NCBI RefSeq assembly: GCF_001194135.2
Contig: NC_068981.1
Location: 108,389,025-108,453,024, forward strand
Direction: 5' to 3'
Length of the DNA stretch: 64,000 nucleotides
From: Octopus bimaculoides
Taxonomy: Eukaryota
Shown here piece after piece: positions 26,679 through 40,094 of the stretch. Each line of letters opens with the position of its first letter. Positions within the stretch are counted from its first letter, which is position 1. The translations under genes and the position numbers were made by a program. The notes under the pieces were generated by a model, which was given only the letters and a program-made list of their open reading frames with translations, had not been told where the DNA came from and made no database searches.

Positions 26679-27641
26679 CTGTGAATATCAAAATAATTAT
26701 TCTTTAGTAACATTTTCTAAAAATACATTTTTTGTTAAAGGGAGATAAAAAAAACACACCCCAAAGCTTAACGTTTATAATTTTCAATAGCCTGAGCTAT
26801 CAAACAGTGAAACCTACCAAGGAACAAATTTAGCTTCAGATGCTATTAGTTGGATTCAGTTACCACAGCCAAGGCACAAAACTTTGATTGGGAAGCCACT
26901 ACATGGTCACTCAATTTGCTGGGAATAACAGCCAAATCTCCTTCAGACTACTGACTGAAATAAGGAAACAGCACATTAGACACTTGTCCTAAAACCTCTG
27001 AAAAGACAGGGTCTACTTGAGCAGAGCTAACCTAGAATTAAATTTGTTTGAATTAACCCAAAATATGTACCATGAGTAGGTATAGTTCACTGTTGTAAAC
27101 AATGAGAACAATGCATGATTAAAGCTTATGTGGTGAGCCTTTTAGCACTCTTAGGTGGTCACACTGATAAAAGAGCACATATGGCCACTGTTCAATCAAT
27201 ACAATTATGAGCCAAACTTCTATCTGGTAGCTTGATTGGTAGCCAAATTTCCATTAAATTAAACCCTATAGTGTGGGAAAGACAGACAGAGATAATGTAA
27301 TCCTGAATAGGAAATGTTTGCCATGGTCTTGACTGGAATCACTATCATTTTAATGTCCACTTTTGCATGGGTCAGATGGAATTTGTTGAGGCTGCTCTTA
27401 ATAATAGATCTGCTGTCAGTGATGATCCAGGACTAAATAACAACAACCAAATTGATTGCCATTATGACTTGGTGTGAAAGAAAAATTCAGTTAATAAGGC
27501 CTTGTTCAAACTGTAATCACTTACATAACATGGAGTAAGAAATTTTACATTCTTTACAAAACATTTGTTCCCCATTTGATTTTTAAAACCAATTGGCGAA
27601 TTACTAGTATTGCGGTTCAAAGAATGGGAAAACAGTCTTAC

Positions 27642-27767
27642 CTGTAAGTTCATGTAGCCATCTATAGATACAAGATAACCTTTATATTCCATGCCCCATT
27701 TTAATTTTATTATGACTGGTTTTCCTGTCAAACCATTTAAAAATGGTTTGGGGTTAATTGGCATAGT
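27642..27767 (-). CDS. SNRPF: snRNP SmF exon 2
   Basis: ttcttttctttag|ACT ATG CCA...; encodes [42 protein letters not shown]; donor CAG|GTAAGA; 126 nt. Confidence 0.97.
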
Positions 27768-28049
27768 CTAAAGAAAAGAAACAAAGCAAAAACAAGAACT
27801 AAGTTACAACTGAGAACAAAATTTAAAATCAATATATTTCTAAATATAAGCATATTTACCTCTGAGGAGCTTATACGTAGAATAGAGTTAGCAAAAGTAA
27901 ATACACATGCTGTTATACAGCAAAGTGAAATTACCCCACCCCTCAGCATAAGTTACTTGTGAGTGACTTCAAACTGTAGGTATGAATGATTTCAAGTTGC
28001 AAGCCAGTTTAGAAAAGAAGGATCAAGAAGTTTAAGGATCCTCTGAATA

Positions 28050-29410
28050 GTCAGAAGTTTAGGGATCTCTTAAGCAAAGCATTTGATGAAGAGGAGGAAA
28101 TACAGATCTGCAATATAGAGGATAACTGGGAGTTCCTATGAGACAACTTACTGAGAGCCACAGACCAAATTTGTCGGTGATGCAAAGTCCCAACCAGACC
28201 TAAGGTACTATGGTGGTGGAACAATGTAGTTGACAGGGCCATTAAAGCAAAGAAACAGGTGTGGAAGGACTGGAAGGGTAGTGGTAGCAAGGAGCTATAT
28301 CAGGCAGCTAGGAAGCAGGTATACTTAGCCAGGGATGAACCAGAAAAGAAGTTTGCCAATGTTCTGCAGCGTGAGGACTAGTGGCTTGAAGTGTTTCGGT
28401 TTGTAAGAGAGTGTGCCAGGGAAAATTGCAATGCTGTGGGAGAGAAGTGTGTTTGCATTAATGATGGTTCACTTGCAGTTAGTGACTCTGCAAAGAAAGA
28501 GGCTTGGAAGTGCTACTATGAAAGGCTACTAAATGTAGAGAACTCATGGGAGAAGGAGAGCCTGCCTAATGTTGATCCAACAGAGTGACCAGCAATCTGA
28601 ATATACAGTAGCGTTGTAGACAAAGCCATACAGGATATGAAGACAGGGAAAGCTCCAAGCACAACAGGAATCACCGCTGAGATGCTTAAAATATCTGCTA
28701 GTATAAGTTATGGCCTAGTCACTTGTATAGTTTATCAGGTGGTACACGAAGGAGTCATACCCAATGACTGGTGTAGCAGCATCACAGTCAACTGCTATAA
28801 AAGTAAAGGTGATGCCTTAGATAGAAATAAATACAGAGGTATCAAATTGTTAGATCAGGTGATGAAAGTCACAGAGAGGGTCATAGCCTGACTAATTAGG
28901 GAGAGAGTTAGTCTAATTGAGAAGCAGTTTGGCTTTGTGTCTGGGAGAAGCACCACTGATGCTATATTTCTGCTAAGACAGCTGCAGGAGAAATACCTAG
29001 TCAAAGATAAACCTCTGTACTTGGCTTTTGTTGACATGGAGAAAGCCTTTGACAGGGTCCCCTGATACCTTATCTGGTTGGTGAGAGCTGTAAAGCTATG
29101 TACAGGGATGCTGTCAGTAAGGGTACAGCGACGATTTCAGGGTACAAGTAGGAGTTCACCAAGGATCAGTTCAGCCCTCTCTTGTTCAACATAGTCCTCC
29201 AGGCAAAAACAGAATGTAAGATGGGTTGTCCCTGGGAGCTCCTCTATGCAGATGACCTTGTTCTTATAGCTGAATCACTACCAGAACTAGAGAAGAAATT
29301 TCAAGTGTGGAAGCAAGGTCTGGAAGTGAAGAGCCTTAGAGTTAACCTAACAAAAACCCATGTCTTAGTAAGTAGGAAAGCAGACAAACCACAAATCCCT
29401 TCAGGTAGAT
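28050..29410 (+). mobile_element. RTE LINE ORF2 fragment in SmF intron 1
   Basis: Same motifs (YRGIKLLDQVMKVTERVIA, LLYADDLVLIAES) with stops and frameshifts. Confidence 0.9.
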
Positions 29411-29449
29411 AGATAGCCCTGCTTGATCTGTAGGAAAGGCGTTTGGATG

Positions 29450-30010
29450 GTGCTTTTTACATGCCACCAGCACGGGGAGCCAGTCAGGCGGCAATGGCAA
29501 TGACCCACACATAAATGGTGCTTATTGCGTGCCACCAGCATGGGAACCAGTCAGGCAGCACTGGCATCAGCCACAACTACAATTTCCATTTGATTTGATT
29601 TTGATTTTACTTGACTCAATAGGTCTCCTTAAGCACGGCGTGTCGCCTGACAGTTCAAAGGTACTTTTTAAATGAGCTGGTTATGTGACATTAGTGTAGG
29701 CTACGGCTGTGATCTCACTTTACTTGCCGGATCTTCTCAATCACAACATATCTCCAGAGGTCTTGGTCTTTTGTCATTGCCTCTGTGAGGCCCAATGTTC
29801 GAAGGTCATGCATCACCACCTCACCCCATGTCTTCCTGGGTCTCCCTCTTCCACAGGTTCCTTCTACTGTTAGGGAGTGACATGTCTTCACACAGCTCTC
29901 CTCGTCCATATGTAGCACATGACCATACCAGCACAGTTGTCTCTCTTGCACACATCTGATGCTTCTTATGTCCAACATTTCTCTCAGGGTGGTTACACTC
30001 TGTCGTGTGT
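29450..30010 (-). mobile_element. RTE LINE 3' fragment
   Basis: RQLCWYGHVLHMDEESCVK...GRGRPRKTWGEVV plus 3' UTR. Confidence 0.85.
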
Positions 30011-30299
30011 GCACAGAAATGCAAAGGTCGTGAGAAATACTCAAAATGGAAATTCATGCTCAATCTTCATTTTCTTTTAGACGACAATTTGTTATAGGGT
30101 TAAGCTTTGAGAAGTTTTTGGAATAGCTGTCCTTCAAACTCCTATGTCCTTATAGAAAAGGACATGGAAATAGGAGCAAGAATGTAAAAAAAAAAAAAAT
30201 TTTCTTTTGTAATTCCATTGTGAGAACCACAGGTATAGTAAGAGAAATGAAGGGAAAGAAATCACCCCAAACCTTATTCTTTTCCCTTTCCCATCAGGT

Positions 30300-31197
30300 A
30301 CGGGATTTTGAGAGACAAGTACTTCAAAACTCTGCCAATCAATAACGCTTTTGATGGTTCTGAAGATTATAAGGTGTCAGACCAAATCATGCACCTCATC
30401 GGTCTCTCAATGTGAGAGTTTCATCTAGAGATGATGTCAAAACCCTGCCCAAATACTACTCAGAGTCGTTAAGAACTTAATTCCACCAAAAGGGGTTAAG
30501 CTTGCAAACAATATTGAAGGCTCAGAACAATTTGATGGTGATAGCATTGAGTAAAAAGCTACTGAAATTGAGTTGGAAGATGAAAGCGAGCCATCTGGAA
30601 ATCTTTTTGTGGTGATTGACCCACCCGGAGAAATCCCCATGGAGGTCTCGGAGGAGCCAAAGCATGGTCTGCCAAACATGATGGGAGGCTCTATCTCTCT
30701 TGCAGGAATCAACAGTGATGATCAGGTTAATAAAGAGGCCCTGTTCCTTGTCTATCATCTATACCTATTTACAGAATGCTGTTATATTATGTATAGTACA
30801 ATAAATACTGCAAATTCACGAAACAGTAATTATACTCATTTCATTGTTTTAGTTTTCTTTCTTTTAAAGACGTGTTGCTTGTATCAATATCTGTTTAGTT
30901 CACAGCATTTAAGAAAAAAATCCCATAATTACCAAATGTCATATTTTTATTATCCAAATGTATATCTTAACTAAAGTGAACGTTTGAAGCACACGTATGT
31001 GCTAATTTCACTTGCCTCTTGTTTATTTTTATTTTGCTTCGTTGTGTCATTATATGAGCTTTAAAATGCTTTCTTCCTAATTTTCGTACATATACTATAC
31101 AATTACTGATCCCCACTCACCCGCTTATATGACTAAGTAAATATCTAACCCACCCGCTTGTTCCAGCGCCCCACTATTATTTGGGACCCGAGAGTAA
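30300..31197 (+). mobile_element. Possible decayed DNA-transposon 3' part in SmF intron 1
   Basis: GC-richer broken coding-like segment (FKTLPINNAFDGSEDYKVSDQIMHLIG, acidic tail) reminiscent of pogo-like C-termini; possible end ttatttgggacccgagagta. Confidence 0.3.
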
Positions 31198-32251
31198 ATA
31201 ACTGGTTTTAAAATAAATCAAGGGAGACAACCTAGAAAATTTTATAGTTACCATTGTACAATTACCGATTTTCCACCCACCCGCTTATAAGAATTTAAGC
31301 AAATGTCTAACCCACCTGCTTATCCAACCCCTGAGGGTAGGTAATTGTTCAGGTTACGTTCGTGAAAAAAGGGGACATAACTAAACACACCACGGTATGA
31401 TACTTTACTCACTCGTGTCACCCCTCGTCAGCTTTATCTGTTATTTACAACTGATTTCTAGCTTCGCTTTGGAGAAAATATATATATTCAACTTACAAAA
31501 CTATCTATTTGTATCTCTCACATATAAATCTGTATTTTTGACTGGCTATCTAGCTATCTTTTCTTACTTGCTTTCTTCTTTCCTTTCATTACAGCTAAAA
31601 GTACGTCTCAAAATAGATGTAAAATAAACAAGAACTGAGAAAAAACGAAAACTGAAACTAAAATCAAAGTTCCGTAACCCTAACCCTGACCTTAAAACCC
31701 TAGTGAAGATCGTGCGGGTATTAATCTGAAAAATGACCAAAAGTTCTTCCCTTGTGCTAATGTTGACAGCGGAACTTTATAGACAGCATCCAGTTTCTAT
31801 TAGTTGAATATGAACATTTCGTCCTCCACGAAATTGTACTTTCATTTTTGTCGAAGCTATTCTGTACGCGTGCAGAACCAATCATATCGACCCTGGAAGA
31901 TTGAACGGTAAAGTCGATTTCGGCAGGATTTGAACTCAGAACGTAAAAGGATATAACTTAAAACCGCAAAGTGTTTTGACCGCCGCTTTCAATGACTCCA
32001 TTAATGATCTTTATTATGTTTTAAACTTCGTAATACACATATATGGAATAAAATATTCAATATAAAAATAGTGTAAACATAAATATTAAATTTAGAAGAG
32101 ACATACAAAGACAATGTTGAATGAACACGATGGAAGGCTAGAATTTGGCAAAAACAAATATTCTGTAAAGATATATATAAAAAAAAAACTTTCTCAAATG
32201 TACAAGAACCTTATTGTTCAGTTATCAAAATTATATAAAGCTTATACTTAC

Positions 32252-32260
32252 CGCAGCCAT
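32252..32260 (-). CDS. SNRPF: snRNP SmF exon 1 (MAA)
   Basis: Minus strand aaccATG GCT GCG|GTAAGT. In frame with exon 2 it gives [12 protein letters not shown]. Confidence 0.8.
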
Positions 32261-32847
32261 GGTTACTGTTTTAAATATTTATTTGGACACGAAATTCACA
32301 AAAGCCGGCACAAGTGAAACACCGCCAATTCCTAATGAAGCACACATGCGCATGATATAGGTTATTTTCTGCTGAGTACTATTTAAAAATTAATTAATAA
32401 ATTTTAAAAGTATTTTCCCAACAATTATTTCATGATAAATATTACATGATAAATTATTACATGATAAATATTATAAAATAATTTTGTATTTAATTACTAT
32501 TCTTTAAAGAAAACTTAATTAAGCGTTATTATATGCAGAACTTACATAGTCGATAAACATGAGAAGTTAAATAAAAAGTTGCGACGATTAAATTTTAAAT
32601 GCAATTTCAATAGCTTTCATAATTTGAATTTAAAATTACAGAAAGTATAGCTTAAAATATGTTAGAAGTAACATATATATCTTAAATCCTTGTTTTCCTT
32701 TCCTATTGATCTAACGTATTTGATAGATTGCATTTCAATTGTTCAAGGCATTCGTGTAAACATCATCTAAATAATAATTTCCCGAAATTATTTTAATGAA
32801 CTTCAAATTTTGAACTGTCCCGGTTTGCAGTTATCGAAACAAGATAC
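32261..32847. promoter_or_regulatory. Putative bidirectional promoter between SmF and MED20
   Basis: Divergent ATGs 587 bp apart, no recognisable transposon in between. Contains palindrome CATGCGCATG at 32345-32354. TSSs are not determinable from sequence. Confidence 0.7.
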
Positions 32848-32861
32848 ATGGGTGTTGTGTG
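32848..32861 (+). CDS. MED20: Mediator subunit 20 exon 1
   Basis: ATG GGT GTT GTG TG|GTAAGT, giving MGVVC with exon 2 (human MED20 starts MGVTC). Confidence 0.85.
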
Positions 32862-33463
32862 GTAAGTGCTGTTTGTTTTGCATGAATTTTCTAAGTTTTA
32901 ATTGCTAAAATTTATATTATTCATTTTGCAATAATTTTAAAATTTGGATGCTGAATTTTTAAGGAATAAAAATGTTGCACATTGTATATATTGCTTAGTT
33001 AATTGTGAACAGGTATTTTTCTCCTTGTGCGCGCGATTTTGTTGGTTTATAAATTATATCGCAATTAAGACAATGGTTCAAGTGTAAGGCGGCGAGCTGG
33101 CAGCGGTGCGGTAACCCACAAAATGCTTAGCAACATTTCTTCTGACTTTATGTACAGTGCCCAAATGCTGCCGGAGTCGATAAAAGAAGTACCAGGTAAG
33201 CATTAGGGTCATTGTAATCGACTTCAGCGCCTCCTGAAATTGCTGGTCTTGTGCCAAAATTTGGAACCAATATTTTTTAATTGTTTCACATTCTTGCAAA
33301 ATGATAATAATTTCAAAATTTGGTGCAAGGCCGGCAAGTTCAGGGACGGGATCAATTACATCGACCCAAGTCCTCAACTGGTACTTATTTTATCGATCAC
33401 TAAAAGATGACAGACAAAGTCAACCTCAGCGAAATTTGAACTCAGAACGTAAAGATGGTCGAA

Positions 33464-33504
<41 letters not shown>

Positions 33505-33821
33505 CTCTCATAAAACAAACAATCAACTGAATGAATGAAAATAAAACACATTTTGAAATTGAAATAAAATCTTACTCAAAGGTAGTCATTAAGAAAAGTG
33601 AAAATAATGAAATAAAACGTTATTTACTAACTCAAAAGTAGTCATTCAAGAGTGAACCATTCTGAAAGATGTTGTAGAACGTTCCGAAAACATTCATCTC
33701 CAGTTTTCCCATATTTTTCCCTCCAAAGAAACTCATCCAGATGGGATTCAATCATATTTGTGTGTACTCCCATCATACCTTTGAATCATCGGCTTCGGTC
33801 AGATATATCTCTCTATCTGAC

Positions 33822-35028
33822 GCGTGCACCCGCGCTAGCCAGGTCAACCAAACAAGTAAACCATTCTTTGGACACGTGCTAGTGGTCAGTTGATTTAATT
33901 CTTTGGATGAGCTAGTAGTCAGTGTATTCAAAGTGATCTATGATATTTTGCCTCACATTCAGAGTTTTGATGCTGTGTATTTATTTCTCAAGGAGAGCCT
34001 GATAAAATATAAGGAAGGAAAGATTTTTCGATGCCCTACACACAAAGCTGAAAACGTCCCTGTTAGAAAATCCTCATTTCTGGAAAATTCAAAGTTGAGA
34101 CTCCCAAGATTTTATCCTTCTGACGTATTTATGGTCCAGAAAAGTCTCCATAAATATCTCAAGTGATGTGGCAGGTCTTTCAGAAGCAACAGTGATACAG
34201 TGGTATCAATACATGAGAGACATAGCAAGTCACCATCTTGTATGTAATCCCTACCAAGTTGGAGGAGTTGGGCACATAGCCGAAATAGACGAATCTTTGA
34301 TGTGTAAAAGAAAGCATAATAGAGGTAGAACACCACAGGAGAGGTGGTCTTTTGGAAGATGGGACACAGAAGACAAAATAGGATTTTTGGTGTTTGTGAA
34401 TGATTGTTCCTCTGAAACTCTGCTCCCCCTTATCAGAAAATATATAAAACCAGGAACAACTATCCATTCTGATTGTTGGAGTGGATACAATGGAATAGCT
34501 GAAATTGATGTCGAACTACGGTATTCCCATTTCAAAGTGAACCATAGAGAAAACTTTGTGGATCCAGTAACTAACGTGCATACCAACTCAGTTGAATGTT
34601 ACTGGAGAAATGCAAAAAGTAGATTCAAAAGTATGATGGGAGTACACACAAATATGATTGAATCCTATCTGGATGAGTTTCTTTGGAGGGAAAAATATGG
34701 GAAAACTGGAGATGAATGTTTTTGGAATGTTCTAAAACATCTTTCAGAATAGTTCACTTTTGAATGACGACTACTTTTGAGTTAGTAAATAACATTTTAT
34801 TTCATTGTTTTCACTTTTTTTAATGACTACTTTTGAGTAAGATTTTATTTCAGTTTCAAAATTTGTTTTATTTTCATTCATTCAGTCGGTTGTTTATTAA
34901 ATGAGAGAGAGAGAGATGAATCCAACCCCCCTCCGATTTACAGTTTACACATATTTATACATGTAGAGGGTCTTTTTTTATCGCGAGTGCTGACTAGCAC
35001 GTGTCTACTGACTGGCGCGGGTGCGCGC
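33822..35028 (+). mobile_element. Merlin (IS1595/ISXO2-like DDE) DNA transposon, frameshifted, in MED20 intron 1
   Basis: ORF 34168-34752 has AEIDES...TIHSDCWSGY...VNHRENFVDPVTNVHTNSVECYWRNAK...YLDEFLWR. The N-terminal part (FRCP...VRKSSFLENSKL) is in another frame. Inverted terminal motifs gcgtgcacccgcgc/gcgcgggtgcgcgc and gacacgtgctagt/actagcacgtgtc. Confidence 0.88.
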
Positions 35029-35969
35029 ATTGGGTCCACTCTTCTTAAGTAGTACCCTTAATTTATCAATCCCAAAAAGATGAAAGGAAAAGTTGTCCTC
35101 GGCTGAATTTAAACTTAGAACGTAGCGACAGATGAAATTCTGCTAAGCATTTCGCCTGGCATGCTAACGATTCTAAAATAAATTAAAGAGAAAATTAATG
35201 AGTGAAATTCTGTTTGCTTTTGTAACTTGATCAACTTTCATAACTAATCTAATGTATATTATTTCTAACACTGCCATTATTTTTGATTCACCTCCTTGCA
35301 TTAAGATATTGAATTTTTTTTAATATAAAGATTATTCAACTATATAATCATTGATGTCTGCCGTATTTCAGTGCACAAGTCTCAGGGATGTGATTTCATC
35401 TGCTTGTCATGACTGGCAATGGCTATCATGTCTCTTTTTAAAACATTATAACAATAAATAACCAAAGCGAATACATAAAGTGCGTGAGTTTTTATGAAGT
35501 GTGTGTATGTGGGGAAAGTCCCTTCCAAACACAATATGTTTCAAGACACAATCTCTGATAAAGCATTTTGCCAACTTTTTTCTATTTCATGCGTCTTCTT
35601 CAATTTTTATCCAACAACTGAAGTTTCAGCGATCTTAAAAGGTCGAGCATGTTAGCATTATTTTCTTCAATTTGTTTTCCCCATTGCATGACCAGAAAAG
35701 ATTGAGCCACTTCTGAAATTCTTGACATCATTTCCAACTTTTGGACATTTATCACAACTCATTTACACTCCAAACAGCTTCTTGGCTATGTTCAAGATTG
35801 AAAGTTCAAACTTTATGGGCATTTTGGATCACATCCAGAAAAGGGTTGAGGAATGTTTTATGTGGAAAAATTTATTCAATTTTAGATGTTGTAAAGCACC
35901 AGGTCAGCCCTGATTGAGCAAATCTATGATGAAAGGTGTTTAGACATGATCATCCTGTATTTTACAGTA

Positions 35970-36469
35970 CAGGGTTATTCAAAAAGAATGAACTGATTTC
36001 ATTATGCAATATTTTAATAAGGAAAAGCAATAGAAAACTCCAGGTAAGTCACAAGTATTTACTCACAATCAACTTTTATTTCCTGTCTTATGAGTGTTCA
36101 ATGTGGCCACTACCTGCAGCATGGGCGACATAAATGCGATAAGAGAATTCCTCTCAGACATGTATCAGCATATCCCGATCCACATCCACTGAGTACTTCT
36201 TTGGCTGTCTGGTTGAATGCTTTATCAAAGTTTTTCCATTTCCCTTCTATGTCAATATCTTCTGGAATGCTGATACACGTCTGGGAGGAATTCTCTTATT
36301 GCATTGATGTTGCCCATGCTGCAAGTGATGGCCAGATTGAACACTTGTAAGACAGGAAATAAAAGTTGATTGTGAGTAAATACTTGTGACTTACCTGGAG
36401 TTTTCTATTGCTTTTCCTTATTAAAATATTGCATAATGAAATCGGTTCATTTATTTTTGAATAACCCTG
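35970..36469. mobile_element. Tc1/mariner-type foldback MITE (500 bp, TA TSD)
   Basis: TA|CAGGGTTATTCAAAAA...TTTTTGAATAACCCTG|TA with ~190-bp near-perfect inverted arms. An uninterrupted paralog of the target repeat lies at 37471-37622. Confidence 0.9.
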
Positions 36470-37208
36470 TATAATGAATGCAGGATTACATTATTCTGGA
36501 TGTACATGTCCCCTTCCCATTTTAGTGCAAATAAATAAGAGAGATGTGTCATTCTTAGCCTTTCATTGGGGACTTTGTCACAGTGCACTGTCTCCTTTCA
36601 GGCCCACAAGTGTACTGTCTTCTCTCTCTGCCTTTTCTACCTCTATTATAATGGACTCTCTTCCTTGGCGCTAGCTAAGCTTGTTCCACTTTGACTCAGA
36701 CATACATGTCCTACTCAACTCTCCTCTTCTCATCTCCCTTGGTGTTTTCAACCACCAAGAATGCACACTAATCACTACATCTAGTCTTTTCCATTCTTGC
36801 TCGCCCCAACTTCCAGACTCAACAAGATTATTCAAAACATTTTGATTTGGATCCCATGCAACTTCAACTTCTGCTGGCCCCTAACAGGGCCTGTCTCCTC
36901 AAGCTGGTGGAATAACCAATTCAGCTATTCATGTAACTCCTAATAAATGTGTTGGGTGCCCTTTACTTTCGTTTATTCACTCATATATGTATGTATGTAT
37001 ATAGATGACTTCAATATAATGAAGTATAACAGTCTGAAATAAATAAATGACTACAGAAGGCAATTACATCTGCTGAAAACTACTCTCTATTACATATTTT
37101 TTGTCTACATTCTTCATGCTTATCTTTCATATTTAATATTTAACCCTGGCAATGTATTTAGCATGCTACTTTAAATACCCCAAAAAACAATTCTATTATT
37201 ATTTTCAG

Positions 37209-37354
37209 TGTGTTTTCCTATCCTGTTCCTGAAGGTAAAAATGCCCAACAAATAGTTGATAGCCTGCAAAAACAGGTAGAGTTGTTGGGTGCTGTTAAAG
37301 CTGGCAATTTCTATGTTGATTGCGAAACATATCAGTCTACTCTTCCTAATACAA
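37209..37354 (+). CDS. MED20: Mediator subunit 20 exon 2
   Basis: ttttcag|T GTG...; encodes [48 protein letters not shown]; donor A|GTAAGT. Confidence 0.95.
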
Positions 37355-38409
37355 GTAAGTTTCATTTATATTACATTTTATATTGCTTTATGTAATATAA
37401 ATTCAGTATTTTAATAGCTGAAGAAAGTTTTGTGTTAAAAAAGTTTCAGTTTTAGATATTATTTAGTATCAGGTTAGCCCTGATTGAGCAGATCTATAAT
37501 GACAGGCATTCAAGCTAGGATCATCTTGTTAATATTTTAAAGTATAATGAATGCAGGACTACGTTATTCTGAATATACATGTCCTCTTCCCATTTTAGTG
37601 TCAATAAGTAAGAGAGATGTGCTTTGGTATCTTTTTTGAAAGATATAGGTAAAGAATATAGATAAAAAAATTAATCTTGGGGTTTCAAATAGAATTAGTT
37701 TATGGACACAGAAAAGGTTGTGAAGAGTTCCCATCATATCAATGTTTCTCCTCCAACTATTATTAACCTGAAAGAATTCATTATGTGCATTGATTCTAAT
37801 GTTTGCTCAGGACGCTATACATTTTGAGGAATACTTGATGGATGTTTTTTTTTTTTTATTGACTCTGGAAAGATGAAAGACAAAGTGAACTCTTGTTGGT
37901 GAGTATATAGTAAATACTGCAAAACATTTTGTCCACTACTGTTCACTTCTTTATTTAATATGTTAGTTTCATTAATTCCCACCTAGTTATTCTAATCTTT
38001 CTAGATTACCTGAAAACTTTACAGTCACTATTCTGCCTTGAGTTAATTAATTTGTTAACTTTGCATCCAGTAGTATTTGTTAACTGTGAGCTGTATTATT
38101 GCATATAATCATTCTGTACTCAGTGCTTTCTTTCTTAAATATATGCTGTGCAAAAGTAGGTAACTCTTGGTGAAGTTATTAGATTAGAACGATGTGTTCA
38201 AAAGGGTTTACACATTTTGGGTAGAGTTAGTAAAATCTGCATACTTGAATGGTGCTTATCTAATCGATCTCTGAAAGTGGAATTGAAATTCAGTGTATAA
38301 AGAGACATTACTAACACCATATGCTTTGCTGATTTAGCCATCCACTGTATTTTAGAGTCTATAAATACTGTATGGAAATGTAACTCAAACTGGTAACAGG
38401 CGTGAATTC

Positions 38410-38630
38410 ATCATCATCATCATCGTTTAACGTCCGCTTTCCATGCTAGCATGGGTTGGACGATTTGACTGAGGACTGGTGGAACCCGAAGGCTACGCCA
38501 GGCTCCAATCTGATTTGGCAGAGTTTCTACAGCTGGATGTCTTTCCTAACGCCAACCACTCAGAGAGTGTAGTAGGTGCTTTTACATGTCACCGGCACGA
38601 AGGCCAGTCAGGCAATACTGGCAACAGCAA
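38410..38630 (-). repeat. RTE 3' tail fragment
   Basis: catcatcatcatcgtttaacgtccgctttccatgctagcatggg... Confidence 0.85.
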
Positions 38631-39539
38631 TTATAAATTGATATTCATTGTAGAGCTGTGATAATCTCATAGACACTTAGGAAATATGACTAAATTTCTA
38701 TATGGATGCTAAGACAGATAAGAAAATTTATCATTCACGTACTTTATTTCTTAAATCCCAAATTTTTTCATGAAAATTCTATTATTAATTTTAGTCAACT
38801 GTAATATTCATCTTACCTTTTGCACATAAAAAATATTTGTTTTGGTTATTTGTTAACATTCAGACTCTAAACCAACTTTATTTTGTAATTATATCTTTTC
38901 TTACACTAGATACATACTTGAAAGAGAAGTGGGTAGCAGCTGCTTTCTTTGCAAGGCTCCAAGTCTTGTGAGGTTGTTGCATGTAGGAAAAATATAGGGA
39001 GGGAGAGAAGGCTATAATTTTGGGAAAAGAAAGATTGAACAATGTGTAGTGAGACACAGTAGAGATGAGGGGAGACAGATATGTAAGCAAATACCTTCTT
39101 TTATAAAGATTCTAGAATGTTAAGTGTTATCTGGGCAGTATAAATTGATTAGTGATAAAGGATTAGAGACGCAGAGAGTAACAAGCTGAGTGGTTTGTAT
39201 TGTTGTGTAGCTCCAGTTCAATGATTATTGAGTTGTCTTAGGGGAAATAAATTGACATTTAAATAACTACATGCAACAACCACTGCTCCAGCTAGTTAAT
39301 GACATGCTGTATACTTTCACATGCTATAGTTAATCATATGAGGTTTAGTATGGCACTCAACTTCCTAGAAGTAGGAGTTAAAGGTTCCTCAACAACATCT
39401 CGTCGTCTTAAAAAAATGAAGCACAGACTATTGTGGGTTGTATCAATGTTGGAATGAAATCTATGAATTTGTTCTGTGGAAGGGATAGACCCATGAAGTC
39501 ATGGGTTGAGGTGGTGAAGCACCACAGAGGCAATAGCAA

Positions 39540-39930
39540 ATGACCGAGACATTTGCTGATACGCTGTGCTTAAGAAGATCTGTCGAGCCAAGTGAAATCA
39601 TAGTCATGGCTGATGCCAGTGTCACATAACAGGCACCCCTTCTGGTGAGCATGTAAAAAGTACCCTTTGAATATTGGGCCTCATGGAGGCAATGACAGGC
39701 GAAATCCTAGTTCTGTCCAATGTTGGTGTCACATAACTGGCACCTGTGCTGGTAGCATGTAAAAAGCACCCATTACACTGTTGGAGTGGTTGACATTAGG
39801 AGGGGCATTCAGCCATAGAAACTATGCCAAATCAGATTGGAGTCTGGTGCAGCCCTACAGCTTACCAGTTTCAGTCAAACTATCTAACCCATGCCAGCAT
39901 GGAAAGTAGAAGCTAAATGATGATGATGAT
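39540..39930 (+). repeat. RTE 3' UTR fragment
   Basis: ...ggagtggttgacattaggaggggcattcagccatagaaac...aaatgatgatgatgat. Confidence 0.8.
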
Positions 39931-40094
39931 TTCTCTTGAGTACACTTGACTTTACACTCATAAAAAGAAGATATCAATTTCTCAGAAACAATTTCTTGGA
40001 GAAATGTAAATTGCATCCTAATGATTTTGGGGTAAAATTTTGGATTATATCAGTAGTTAACCTAGTTATTTACAGTGTTGATTTTGTTTTCCAG

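Noticed and set aside
31672-31702. taaccctaaccctgaccttaaaacccta, telomere-like
   Set aside because: Only two exact TAACCC units; too short to call an interstitial telomere.
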